From Candidatus Thorarchaeota archaeon (GTDB lineage Archaea > Asgardarchaeota > Thorarchaeia > Thorarchaeales > Thorarchaeaceae), in the NCBI GenBank assembly GCA_046758445.1, contig JBHIAE010000005.1, positions 40,465 through 104,464 of the forward strand: DNA of 64,000 bases, read 5' to 3'. The notes beneath the pieces are model-generated. The model did no database searches. It was not told the origin of the DNA and worked only from the letters and a program-made list of their open reading frames with translations. Both the position numbers and the translations under genes were made by a program. The first letter of the stretch is position 1. Every line of letters starts with the position of its first letter. Below are positions 9,107-18,972 of the stretch, in pieces.

Positions 9107-9892
9107 TTGACTGAACCGAACGGACATAGAACTACACTGAGGGAATGGCTTGCGGCTCACGCACGCTCTGAGCCAGTCCATTATAGGAAGATTGCTGAAG
9201 CTTTAGGCAGAGATGCTGCATCCGTTTCAGCATCGCTCTCAATTGAGCGAAAGCAAGCTGAGGAAGACAATCGGCCGCCTTACTTCGTCCGAGTCGGATC
9301 TGGACTATATCAGTACAATGATCTATGCGAAGGGGCTGTCGACGAGGACCTCATCAGGGAGGTCCGGGCTCGCGCCGACGAGTTCAATCTCGTTACGCGA
9401 AGGGAAATGCGGCAAAGAATCTCAAAGCTCAGCCTTGATAGTTTCGAAGAGCTCGCTAAGATAGTCCTTCTGAATATCCGTGCCCGTGTAGAAGAGGCGA
9501 GGGTGGTCCGAAGGTATGACAATACGGTAGTAATGACTGTATCTTGGCGAGATGATGGTGGCCGTTCTCCTGTTGTGGTCTATGCGAAGAAGTGTAGATT
9601 CGATGAGAAGATCGAGAGCGATACGATACTGGAGATTCGAGGTTCCTTGCCGACCTACCAGGCAAACCAAGGTGTACTAATAACCAATGGCATTGTATCC
9701 GCTCAGGCAAAGAGTGAGGCATTGGGATATGCTGGTACCGATGTGAAGGTTTCCGTGCCTCCAGTCCACTTGATGGATATCGACATTCTACTGAATGTGC
9801 TTCTCGAGAGCAGGACTGGTGTCAGAACGAGAAGCGTGGAAGTGCTGCTCCCGGACGATGAGTTCTGGGAACACTTGACGAGCCGGGGCTAG
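9107..9892 (+). CDS. HARE-HTH plus Mrr-like restriction-endonuclease-fold protein
   Basis: N-terminal PVHYRKIAEAL...ASVSASL...YFVRVGSGLY; C-terminal FEEL...YAKK...IRGSL...QGVLITNG...A..EA...VHLMD. Confidence 0.75.
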   Translation: MTEPNGHRTTLREWLAAHARSEPVHYRKIAEALGRDAASVSASLSIERKQAEEDNRPPYFVRVGSGLYQYNDLCEGAVDEDLIREVRARADEFNLVTRREMRQRISKLSLDSFEELAKIVLLNIRARVEEARVVRRYDNTVVMTVSWRDDGGRSPVVVYAKKCRFDEKIESDTILEIRGSLPTYQANQGVLITNGIVSAQAKSEALGYAGTDVKVSVPPVHLMDIDILLNVLLESRTGVRTRSVEVLLPDDEFWEHLTSRG

Positions 9893-10137
9893 TTCTCATA
9901 GCCATAACATTTTTATCAGGGGTCAGGTGGAGCACAGTCAGTTTTCGGCTCATTGCGGCTTCGAGGCAAGAGATTTGTTTTTGTCGATTCGATTCTCGAC
10001 AATTCCTAGATGATTGTTAATCTTTCATAATCAAAACGCGCCTTAAGGTTTTAATAGAGGAGACGCACTACTTCTGGTTCATCACGGAGAGAGAATTAAC
10101 GATTCACCGTGAGAAAACAAATGGAGAAGAACGCAAA

Positions 10138-11679
10138 ATGGGCGAGGAAGAAAAACTTCTTTTCGTGCGTGAAAGCTCCGGCCTAGTGAAGGAAGTAGGT
10201 ACGGGCTTCGCCCTCATTCTTCCGATAGCACTGACTCTTGGACCGTGGTTCCACTACTTCGGACCGCAGGTTTCAACCTGGTATGCAGGCGCGCATCTCA
10301 TACCGATGTACTCCATCGGTGCAGCAATTGTCTTCTTTGAGGCAATCAGCCTCATGGTCTTGATGCTTGCTATGCCGAGATCAGGAGCCTCCTACCACTT
10401 TACAGGTAGAGGTCTGAGTCCGATCTTTGGTGTTATGGAAGGCTGGCGAAGTGTTATCACAAACCCCGTCTTCAGAGGCACTGGCAGCTTCTTTGCAGTA
10501 CAAATCTTCGCAGGCGGTCTTACTGTTGTTGGAACAGCAACCGGCAACACCGGTCTTGTAGACGCAGCAGCATACCTAGGATCAGATCCCATTGCGCTAT
10601 TCGTAGCAGCAGCCGCGATGATCTTCATTGGATTCATCTTTAGCTATCTCAGCGTCAGGATGCTGGGCTGGTTTACGATAATCCTGGGAATCATCAGCAT
10701 ACTTGCGCTACTCGTAGCAGACATGGTTATGCTAGCGACTCCGATAACTCAGAGTGTCTGGGAGAATGCGATGGGTACCGGTACGTGGGCCCCAATAGCT
10801 GCATTTGACAATAGTGCCTATGTAACCTTTAAGCCGGCTGCGGTTGGCCCGGCGCTCCTTCTGACAGTTGGAGGTATGTGGCCATATCTGATAATGCCTG
10901 TAGCGGGTGAAGTGGCTCAGCCCAGTAGAAACATCCCCCTGAGCAATCTGGGAGGTTGGGCTGGTATCGCCTTCTTCTTCCTGCTGTCGGCCTTTGCGGT
11001 CGAGGTCAGCATGGGACCCTATCTGTACGGCATAAACTCTGTCGGTGGAGTGTTCCCGGGATTCGGCAACTATGCTGCAGTAATCTTGGCTGACAACCCG
11101 CTGGCTTGGTTTGTGATACTATGTCCAATCTATGCGAGTGTGCTAGACTCCCCGAGCAATGCTCTGTGGGTAACTAGACCGATGCACTCCATGGCAATGG
11201 ACAGGTTCTGTCCTGAGGCATTTGCTAGTGTCCATCCGAAGTATCATGTGCCACACATCACACTGTACTTCTGGCTGATACTGTCGCTAGGAACAGTTGC
11301 CTACGCTACTATCCTAGTGATGTTCTTCGGAACAGCATTGTCAGCACTAATAGGCGTGGCCTTCACGTACGTGTTCATCAGATGGCAGATGCAGCTAGCT
11401 GCAGTGTCATTACCGTACTACCGGCCTACCTTATGGGAGCGAAGTGGTGCCTGGAAGTTCCTAGGTATACCGCTTGTGGCCATTGGTGGCCTTGTAGCTG
11501 GTGCAGCATTCTTCTATGCTATGATAGCATACATACCTGATCCCAATGTCGCTTTCGAGGTCTGGTTCACCGTAATCGTGTATCTGATTGGTCAATTGGC
11601 ATACATGTACTACGGAGCCAAGAACAAGGCCAAAGGCATAGAGATGTCTGCCATATTCGGACAACTTCCACCAGAGTAG
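10138..11679 (+). CDS. APC-family amino acid permease
   Basis: LFVRESSGLVKE, AMPRSGASY, AGEVAQPSRN, MDRFCPEAFASVHPKYHVP, C-terminal LPPE; at least 12 hydrophobic segments. Confidence 0.92.
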   Translation: MGEEEKLLFVRESSGLVKEVGTGFALILPIALTLGPWFHYFGPQVSTWYAGAHLIPMYSIGAAIVFFEAISLMVLMLAMPRSGASYHFTGRGLSPIFGVMEGWRSVITNPVFRGTGSFFAVQIFAGGLTVVGTATGNTGLVDAAAYLGSDPIALFVAAAAMIFIGFIFSYLSVRMLGWFTIILGIISILALLVADMVMLATPITQSVWENAMGTGTWAPIAAFDNSAYVTFKPAAVGPALLLTVGGMWPYLIMPVAGEVAQPSRNIPLSNLGGWAGIAFFFLLSAFAVEVSMGPYLYGINSVGGVFPGFGNYAAVILADNPLAWFVILCPIYASVLDSPSNALWVTRPMHSMAMDRFCPEAFASVHPKYHVPHITLYFWLILSLGTVAYATILVMFFGTALSALIGVAFTYVFIRWQMQLAAVSLPYYRPTLWERSGAWKFLGIPLVAIGGLVAGAAFFYAMIAYIPDPNVAFEVWFTVIVYLIGQLAYMYYGAKNKAKGIEMSAIFGQLPPE

Positions 11680-11845
11680 AACGCACTTTAGCTGAAGAGA
11701 GCAGCAAGCTCTCTTCTCCCCTTTCTTTTATCATATCAACAGCAGGACTACTCGGCACTCTATCGTACTGAATTGTCATCCGCCATAGCTAATGGAATTC
11801 CGTTCGATTCCGAGACTAGCAGACTGAGCTCTGAAGTGGCTACTC

Positions 11846-12772
11846 CTATTCAACGAAGTCATAGATAGGCGGGAACCTGTTTCTACTGGCTTTCGAGGAG
11901 AATGCGTCAAGGTCCTTCCAAGTCTTATGGAATCGTGACGGGAAGGATCTAGGTCTAATCAGAAGCAATTCATCGACATCCTCTGAAGCCCTATAAGATT
12001 CAAGAGCACTCTCTGCCTTGTCACAGAAATCGCGTCGGTCTTCGTTATCCAATACCTGTTGTCGATATGTATAGGAGTCCTCGTGCCACTCATAGCGGAC
12101 TTCGAACTCGTAGTCGTCCGAGAAGACTCTCCTGATTAGTTTCCATGGCCAGAATGTGGACATCTGTTCAAGTTGTTCTCCAGTTCCATAGAGGTCAATT
12201 GCCATTCCCTCTTTGCAGTAAACATAGTCTGGACCTCTCTCTCTGAACTTCTCGTTGGGCTTTGCCATGCGCCCTTTCTTAGCCCAATCATACCATTGGG
12301 CTCTCTTCTTACCAAGAACTTCACAGTTGTCCACGATATATCTGACTGCAGCAGCTGTTCCGTGATGTGCCAATCCCGGTAGAGGCGGACGCTCTAGCCG
12401 TTTCTCCAAGAGGTCCAGAACTGTTGGCACGTCCTCAATCGGAATTGCGCCCCATATCGGAAAGAATGCCTGGCCTAAGGGCATCAAGTAGAGATACAAC
12501 AAACCAGCGGTTCCAATCGGTTCGTAGCCTTCTGGTAACTCTTCATCCACTGGCCACGTTTTGTCGCCTTTACAGTAGAGCACATTACATACCTCAAATG
12601 AAACGACTTCATCCAGGTTTGCATCAAACATTGCTTCATACTGCTTTTTCCTCTTCTCGCGCGGCAAAATGAACCTCGCTTGTTGGCGATTGATCTGGAC
12701 TTCGCTCTTCCTTTCACTGAAGGGGTCGATTCCTAGGTATTCAATATCCGGCAGTCTTTCATCTTTAGTCAT
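11846..12772 (-). CDS. Hypothetical protein
   Basis: 308-aa ORF filling the gap, with protein-like composition; no family recognised. Confidence 0.7.
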   Translation of the reverse strand: MTKDERLPDIEYLGIDPFSERKSEVQINRQQARFILPREKRKKQYEAMFDANLDEVVSFEVCNVLYCKGDKTWPVDEELPEGYEPIGTAGLLYLYLMPLGQAFFPIWGAIPIEDVPTVLDLLEKRLERPPLPGLAHHGTAAAVRYIVDNCEVLGKKRAQWYDWAKKGRMAKPNEKFRERGPDYVYCKEGMAIDLYGTGEQLEQMSTFWPWKLIRRVFSDDYEFEVRYEWHEDSYTYRQQVLDNEDRRDFCDKAESALESYRASEDVDELLLIRPRSFPSRFHKTWKDLDAFSSKASRNRFPPIYDFVE

Positions 12773-12931
12773 TTCGTTGATGTCCCCCTGTCATTGGGAG
12801 TTCCAAACGGAGCACCAATATGAGGTCGTGGACCTGTTTCCGGATAGTACGCTCTTAAACGAAGCGGTTCTCACAATAGTAAACGTTATTTGACGGTTGT
12901 AACGAGGCTCCGAACAAGAGGACTTTTCACC

Positions 12932-13630
12932 ATGAGTCGTCGAAAAAAGCGAGAGAAGCGTGCGCCCTCGATTTCGCTTGACAACTTTGAGTTTGATCCT
13001 TCAGGACTTGACCTGAAGCACAGTAGGAACCTGATGACCGTGCTGGATGCCTACCGCATCAACAGGACTTACGGCTTGGATTTCATCGACAAGGGGATCA
13101 AGGAGGGCAAGTTGCCAAGGTCCTTCATCCAGCAATGGGGAACAATCAAGTCTGTTCTCCACAGATTAGCTGCTATTGGACCGAAAGTACCTGGAGTGGA
13201 GTCCTCTATGAATAGGCGACAGACCGTATCCTTTGCCGCAATGGCCCTGCTCACCATTACGGCACCAATGCTTCTGTTAACTTGGGTATTCCAGCTAGAC
13301 GTTCTTCAGCCAATAGCTTTGCCGCTTGCAGTCGTTGCAATGGCCGTAGTCCTCATAAGCTGGCTCACATCTGCCTGGTACAATCGCAAAGTAGCATGGG
13401 CGATCCATAACTACTTGGAGGAGCACCCGGAGGTGGGAGCCAAGGAAAGACTCCACCTTCACAAGTGGGTTCAAGTCCTCATCTATCATACTGCTCGCTT
13501 GCTACGGATCGGCAATGTCGACCCTGAGAAGAAACTTGTCAAGTTCTTTAATGACGATTACAAGGGAATAATCGTGATGAAGGAACCACAGGGCATGAGA
13601 AAGAACTACGTTGTCAAGATCAGAGTATAG
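12932..13630 (+). CDS. Hypothetical membrane protein (2 TM)
   Basis: ATG 12932 downstream of GAGGA; two adjacent hydrophobic helices mid-protein. Confidence 0.75.
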   Translation: MSRRKKREKRAPSISLDNFEFDPSGLDLKHSRNLMTVLDAYRINRTYGLDFIDKGIKEGKLPRSFIQQWGTIKSVLHRLAAIGPKVPGVESSMNRRQTVSFAAMALLTITAPMLLLTWVFQLDVLQPIALPLAVVAMAVVLISWLTSAWYNRKVAWAIHNYLEEHPEVGAKERLHLHKWVQVLIYHTARLLRIGNVDPEKKLVKFFNDDYKGIIVMKEPQGMRKNYVVKIRV

Positions 13631-13735
13631 GCTAAAGTACAAGGAGATACTCACAATGCAGTCCTAGATACAGCTCGATCAGTGTGAAGAGATGGTTAAC
13701 CTATTAGTTTCAGTTGGACGTCATGCACTCCTGTT

Positions 13736-14851
13736 TCACACTAGATCTTCTATTGGTTTGTAGTCAAGGTCGAAATCAAAGTGCCTTGGACCCAGAACAT
13801 TGAGTCCCTTAGGCTCCCGGAAGATCTTCTCAGCCTTCATCCCAATGACGCTGACTTCGTCGCCTTTCTTTATGTCTGTGTTAGTGATGGGCTCCCCAGA
13901 GTTTGCGTCGATTATCTCGATAATGTCTGGACTTGTCACCCAAGGCTTGCCATCTAGCCAAGTAATATGGTTCTCGTTCTTGAACCACACTTTCAGCTTG
14001 TTGCCCGGCTTCGCTCCACTTCCTTCAATCAGCGTTTCACCCCACATGTAGCCAGCACGATTTTCCCATTCCCTCTCAACTACCTTGCCCCTAAAGAGAA
14101 CCCATCCACCGACACTCTCAATGATCTTGTCAGCCGGGTCATCTCCCGACTCTCGACTCTCTCGGATTATCTTACCCACTTTGTAGCTCTTTGAGAGGGT
14201 TCCCGGGATGATTGCTTCATGGAAGTCAGAACCCTTCAGAGGAAACGCAACGTTTCCAAGGCGACCCCATGCAACCTCACTCAAAGCCTTTGAGATGCGT
14301 TCACCCATCTCATAGTTGATGACATGCGTAACAACCGCCTTGTTCCCGTACCAATCGATGAGTGCCATGGGCGCCATGGAGAAGCCCTTTATGCAGACCG
14401 TGTTCTGGCATATCTCGGGAACCGCTCTTGCTGAGTAGTCTCCATCAACACACGGAATTCCATGCTTCACTGCAGCATCAATGGGTGCTGGTGTGTTCAC
14501 TCCACCAAGCTCAAATGGAGCCGCGGCGGAGAATTTGATGTCCATGTACTCCTCAAGTGCAGCCAAGCCTGCAGCCAGCTCTTTCTCGTAGAAGTCCCAA
14601 GGAAATCGCGCGCGCAGGGCTTCTATCTTAGGAGTCGGGGGGGCAATTGTTCCTGAGTAATATGGACACGCCACCCAATTGTCATCCTTCACCCTGTCGA
14701 CATCAATTATCTCGATTCGCGTTCCAGCATCTACATGCGGATATAGCATGTTCAGCCCGAGTTCCTTGGAACCACCTCCGCCGGTCCCAAAGAACGTACA
14801 ACCTATTGTGAGATCCTCAACATCTGTCCTAGTCTTCAAAACCAGTGTCAA
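13736..14851 (-). CDS. DUF917 family protein (S-methyl-thiohydantoin desulfurase-like), paralogue 1
   Basis: FFGTGGGG, PFELGGVN, VDGDYSARAVPE, WFKNEN, SPDII. Confidence 0.9.
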   Translation of the reverse strand: MTLVLKTRTDVEDLTIGCTFFGTGGGGSKELGLNMLYPHVDAGTRIEIIDVDRVKDDNWVACPYYSGTIAPPTPKIEALRARFPWDFYEKELAAGLAALEEYMDIKFSAAAPFELGGVNTPAPIDAAVKHGIPCVDGDYSARAVPEICQNTVCIKGFSMAPMALIDWYGNKAVVTHVINYEMGERISKALSEVAWGRLGNVAFPLKGSDFHEAIIPGTLSKSYKVGKIIRESRESGDDPADKIIESVGGWVLFRGKVVEREWENRAGYMWGETLIEGSGAKPGNKLKVWFKNENHITWLDGKPWVTSPDIIEIIDANSGEPITNTDIKKGDEVSVIGMKAEKIFREPKGLNVLGPRHFDFDLDYKPIEDLV

Positions 14852-15006
14852 TCAGACCCAGCCTCTGTTTAAGCTTGTTAAACTCCAGTTGACTCCACTG
14901 CTATATATTTCCAATGGAGAGAATGGACTGGTGTCATTTACTAGGTGCCGTACAGAAGAAGGAAGGGAGGTGTTATGTGCACTCTCCCCACACGTGAAGG
15001 CCAGAC

Positions 15007-15948
15007 TTAGAGCTCAACTCGTCCTGCGTTAACCTTTCCATCCTCGATGTTGATTACGAAACCCTTCAGGATTCCCTCTCTGTACTCGGAGCCGGGATTG
15101 ACACTGAGTGTTCTTCCTATTCTCCTGTACCCAACCGATTCATGGATGTGACCATGCATTCCGAGCAACGGTTGATACTTCTCTATGACTGCCCTGACGG
15201 ATTTGCTACCTACAGGAACCATTAGTTCATGTGCGCCTGCCTTGGCCACTCTGTGGTCTTCAGTCAGCTGCGGCGCAACATCGAGCCCTGAGTTATATGG
15301 AGGGTCGTGAAAGTTGCATAGCACATTTGAGTAGTCATCTGTTTCCAAGCGGGCAAACTCTGCTTCCAGCTTTTCCAAGAGTTCCTCATCAGGGCATTCT
15401 CTGTGAGTGTCCCATGGAGTGGAGTTGACCCATTCCAAGCTTATCATAGGGTAGCCTCGCACATCGATGACTTTCTTGAGAGGATAGATCACTCTCGGGT
15501 CCTTCGCGATGACCTCATCGATGGAGTAATCGTCATCATTCCCCGGATTGACTACAACCATTACTTCCTCTGGGATTCTCTCATTAGCCATGTCCATCCA
15601 TTCTTGGATTCTCTCAACCATCAGAACTTGGAAGAGCTTGGTGATTGATCCCGGAGTTTCTCGAAGCTGAGCAAGCTCTTCCTGAGTAAGGATCTTAGGG
15701 TAGTATCCCTCATCCTTTGTGAACTTGATGAAGTTATCGAGATCTTTCTGCTTCTTGAATGTCTTTTTGCTGCCATGCGGTTGTACATACCATCTATCTT
15801 CTTTCTCTTGAATGATGGGCATTATCGCTTTACCAGTGAGATCTCCACACATCATCGCAACATCAGCCTTGAAGACCTTAGGAGCACGGCACATCTTCTC
15901 CCAAGTCTGTTGTGATCCGTGCGGGTCCGCAGCTAGGAATATCCTCAT
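15007..15948 (-). CDS. Calcineurin-like metallophosphoesterase (Icc-related)
   Basis: DPHGS, GDLTGK, PGNDD, HDPP, HGHIHE, NPGSEY. Confidence 0.9.
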   Translation of the reverse strand: MRIFLAADPHGSQQTWEKMCRAPKVFKADVAMMCGDLTGKAIMPIIQEKEDRWYVQPHGSKKTFKKQKDLDNFIKFTKDEGYYPKILTQEELAQLRETPGSITKLFQVLMVERIQEWMDMANERIPEEVMVVVNPGNDDDYSIDEVIAKDPRVIYPLKKVIDVRGYPMISLEWVNSTPWDTHRECPDEELLEKLEAEFARLETDDYSNVLCNFHDPPYNSGLDVAPQLTEDHRVAKAGAHELMVPVGSKSVRAVIEKYQPLLGMHGHIHESVGYRRIGRTLSVNPGSEYREGILKGFVINIEDGKVNAGRVEL

Positions 15949-15989
15949 ATCATTACCTCGCCTATTTGTCTTCGTGAATCCTGTCAGAG

Positions 15990-16110
15990 TTCATTGACTT
16001 GACAATATCAGATTGTCGATTCGAGAGAAAGCGTCGGTTTAAAATCTAATGGTACAACAGCTTTTACTAACTTTAAGATAGCACGACAGTCGTGCCATGG
16101 CACAACATAT
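15990..16110. promoter_or_regulatory. Divergent promoter with palindromic operator candidates
   Basis: GACAAT-N5-ATTGTC (16001-16017), TTTAAAAT (16038), TTTAAGATA (16072), perfect GCACGAC-A-GTCGTGC (16081-16095) overlapping GTGCCATGGCAC (16092-16103). Confidence 0.5.
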
Positions 16111-16173
16111 TAATGTCATCCATCTACCTCTTCGACGATAGTTCAGATTACCATCTTTGAGGTGAGGACGCAT

Positions 16174-16974
16174 TTGACAGGTAAGTACGGCCCGATTCTC
16201 GAGGACTTCTTGGAGGAAGCGATGAGACTGGAGAAAGCGGCCGAGGAGCATAAGATACCTCTTCGGCTTATTGGATGCCTGGCATTCAGAATAAAGGCTC
16301 CAGAATACGTCGATCTACACCGGAGCATGGGACGGGAAGTCACAGACATTGATTTCATTAGTTACTACAAACATCACAAGAAGCTACGGAACTTGTTCAG
16401 GGACGAACTAGGATACCATTGGGTGCCTCCAGGTTTCGCACGTGCAACAACACTTAGAGACCTCTTCATTGACAGAGAGCGTGAAAGGAAGGTGGATGTC
16501 TTCTATGATTTTCTTGATTTCAACCATAATATCGACTTCAAGAAGAAAGACAGACTGTGGGTTGATGAGCCAACTATAGCGTTGGCTGAGCTCTTCCTAG
16601 AGAAGACACAGATTGTTGAGATCAATGCCAAGGACTTGAAGGATCTTGTGATAACCTTCCTTGCCCACGACGTATCCGCTGAACATGACGATACCCAAGT
16701 AAATGGTCATTACATAGCCAGTCTTCTCTCTGATGACTGGGGTTTCTACTACACGGTGACTACTAATCTCAAGAAGCTTGTTGACTTTGTTCCAACAATC
16801 GAACAGCTCAATCAGGAACAAAAGGATCTCGTGATATCCCGCGCACAGAAGCTGTGGGACATCATTGAAGAAACACCAAAGACACGAAAATGGAACAGAC
16901 GCGCCGCGGTGGGCGCCAAGAAACGCTGGTTCAAGGTAGTACACTCGATGGAAGGAACGAGAAACGCGGAGTAG
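16174..16974 (+). CDS. Pol-beta-superfamily nucleotidyltransferase-fold protein
   Basis: LRLIGCLA (hG[GS]-like), TDIDF (DxD), KVDVF (third Asp), EKTQIVEINAKD. TTG start chosen after GAGGTGA. Confidence 0.7.
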   Translation: MTGKYGPILEDFLEEAMRLEKAAEEHKIPLRLIGCLAFRIKAPEYVDLHRSMGREVTDIDFISYYKHHKKLRNLFRDELGYHWVPPGFARATTLRDLFIDRERERKVDVFYDFLDFNHNIDFKKKDRLWVDEPTIALAELFLEKTQIVEINAKDLKDLVITFLAHDVSAEHDDTQVNGHYIASLLSDDWGFYYTVTTNLKKLVDFVPTIEQLNQEQKDLVISRAQKLWDIIEETPKTRKWNRRAAVGAKKRWFKVVHSMEGTRNAE

Positions 16975-17015
16975 CATCAGCCTGAGATTTCCCGGCGAAA
17001 GAGGAGAGAGAATCA

Positions 17016-18134
17016 ATGGAGATGTCCAAACAGAATGCGTACGACATGCTAACTGGAGTTGGAATACTAGGTACTGGCGGTGGGGGTGACCCTGTAGCCT
17101 TCGGAAAGCCAATGGTTGATTGGGACTATGAGCGCGGCAGAGTGTATGAACTGACGCCCCCGGACGAGATTAGAGATGACGCCTTTATCGTCTGCGGCGG
17201 ATACATGGGTTCTGTCCAAGCGTTCACCTCCATCGGGGACATGCTGGAAGCTTGGGAGGAGAGGTACGAGCTTCACGAGGCCATGAAGATCTCAGAGAGA
17301 ATCTCAGGAAAGAAGGTCAACCATCTTGTTCCCTTCGAGCTCGGAGGCACGAACACAACAGTGATGCTCTCACTGGCCGCGAGAGCTGGCATTACAACGG
17401 TTGATGGTGATGGTCTCGGCCGGTCTGCTCCAGAGAGCCAGATGATTACATTTGTTGGCTATGGAATCGAGCTTTGCCCGATGCCACTCGTCACCAAGAA
17501 TGGAAGTGTCGTAGTAGTGGACAAGGCGACATCCCCTGCACTGGCTGATGAGATTGGCAGGTTTGCTGTGGTTCAAGACGGTGGAGCTGGTGCCAACAAT
17601 CACTACCATCAGACTGGAGCACAGCTGAAGAAGGCAGTCATTCCGAACAGCATCACCAAATCAGTCGAACTCGGTGAGGCAATTGATGATGCCAACAAGA
17701 GTGGAAAGAATCCGATAGATGCTTTCCTAGACATCATGGGTGGACAGACGCTCACTCACGGACGAGTCGAGGAGGTCAAGGGTGAAGACCGTGCCGGACA
17801 TTGGCATGTACGTGTCAGAATCAAACCGGAGAGTCTGAAAGGCCGTTTCGAGGTTGTTGTCAAGAATGAATACATGATGGCTATGAGCGATGGGAATCCT
17901 GTTGTGATGTTCCCTGATCTCATTTGCATGCATTACCCTGATACTGGTCATGGTGTGATGAGTGCCTCACTGAAGGAAGGCATGGATGTTGTTGTCACGG
18001 CTGTTCCGGCCCACGAGAGGCTTCGATATGCGGGAAGTACTGATATCGGTAGGAAGGCCTTCTCACCTGAAAGGTATGGTCACCCTGAGCATGAATACAG
18101 ACCGATGGAAGAGATTATCGGGAATCTTGCATAA
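17016..18134 (+). CDS. DUF917 family protein, paralogue 2
   Basis: ILGTGGGG, PFELGGTN, VDGDGLGRSAPE, VKNEY, FPDLI. Confidence 0.9.
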   Translation: MEMSKQNAYDMLTGVGILGTGGGGDPVAFGKPMVDWDYERGRVYELTPPDEIRDDAFIVCGGYMGSVQAFTSIGDMLEAWEERYELHEAMKISERISGKKVNHLVPFELGGTNTTVMLSLAARAGITTVDGDGLGRSAPESQMITFVGYGIELCPMPLVTKNGSVVVVDKATSPALADEIGRFAVVQDGGAGANNHYHQTGAQLKKAVIPNSITKSVELGEAIDDANKSGKNPIDAFLDIMGGQTLTHGRVEEVKGEDRAGHWHVRVRIKPESLKGRFEVVVKNEYMMAMSDGNPVVMFPDLICMHYPDTGHGVMSASLKEGMDVVVTAVPAHERLRYAGSTDIGRKAFSPERYGHPEHEYRPMEEIIGNLA

Positions 18135-18193
18135 TTCATAGGAGAGGGACACACGCTGTCCCTACGCATTCTATTGCCTGCTGGTGGTGGATA

Positions 18194-18958
18194 ATGAAAC
18201 GCATTGCTCTGATTGGAGCGACTGGAGTTGATTGGTGGGAAGACGAGAAGAAGAGGTCATTTGTTGAGTTGCATACCCCCGAGGGGTATAGCATAGACAA
18301 CTTCACACCCCGATATGGAACTCACAGTGTAGAGTCTTTTGTCGATGAGGCATACAACGCACCGTTCATCCTCGAACAGGTAGTAAGAGCCAGCAGAGAG
18401 GGCTATGATGCCATAGTGATTGACTGCGCCTGCGATCCGATACTTGAAGCTGCACGAGAGGTCACGACAATTCCAGTTGTAGGTCCCAGGAATTCTTCAC
18501 TTCATGTTGCTTTGACTCTGGGTACGAGATTCAGCATCATCACGGTTCAGGGTGAGTCTCTAAGGCGATGTCAGGAAGCAGGTGTGAGAAAGGAGGACCT
18601 TGAGCAGTTCTGCGCGAGTGTCCGGTACTTCACTATGTCCGTTCTAGACATAGCAGAGCGCCCTGAAGCAGCTCAGAAGGAAATCCTTGAGCTTTGCAAG
18701 CTGGCCGTGAACGAGGACGGCGCAGATGTTGTGGTTCTTGGGTGTACGGGCCTCTCTCATCAAGTCGATTTGAATCCCATCATGGAAGAAGTGGGGATTC
18801 CAGTACTTGATCCATTTGTCATCGCTATTCGAATGGCCCATCTGTTAGTTGAATCAGGTCTCCGTCATAGCAAGGTGGCATACCCAACTCCTCCAAAAAA
18901 GGGCATTACAGAAGCCCCAAGCCTCAAGGGTGCTTTTGATGATGCACTGAAGCAGTGA
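18194..18958 (+). CDS. Asp/Glu/hydantoin racemase family (hydantoin/allantoin racemase-like)
   Basis: Both catalytic Cys present: IDCACDP and LGCTG; IPVLDP, SKVAYPTP. Confidence 0.9.
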   Translation: MKRIALIGATGVDWWEDEKKRSFVELHTPEGYSIDNFTPRYGTHSVESFVDEAYNAPFILEQVVRASREGYDAIVIDCACDPILEAAREVTTIPVVGPRNSSLHVALTLGTRFSIITVQGESLRRCQEAGVRKEDLEQFCASVRYFTMSVLDIAERPEAAQKEILELCKLAVNEDGADVVVLGCTGLSHQVDLNPIMEEVGIPVLDPFVIAIRMAHLLVESGLRHSKVAYPTPPKKGITEAPSLKGAFDDALKQ

Positions 18959-18972
18959 GCAGTCCAGGTCGA

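Noticed and set aside
8927-9181. 84-aa minus-strand ORF
   Set aside because: Overlaps the Mrr-like gene start; composition not protein-like.
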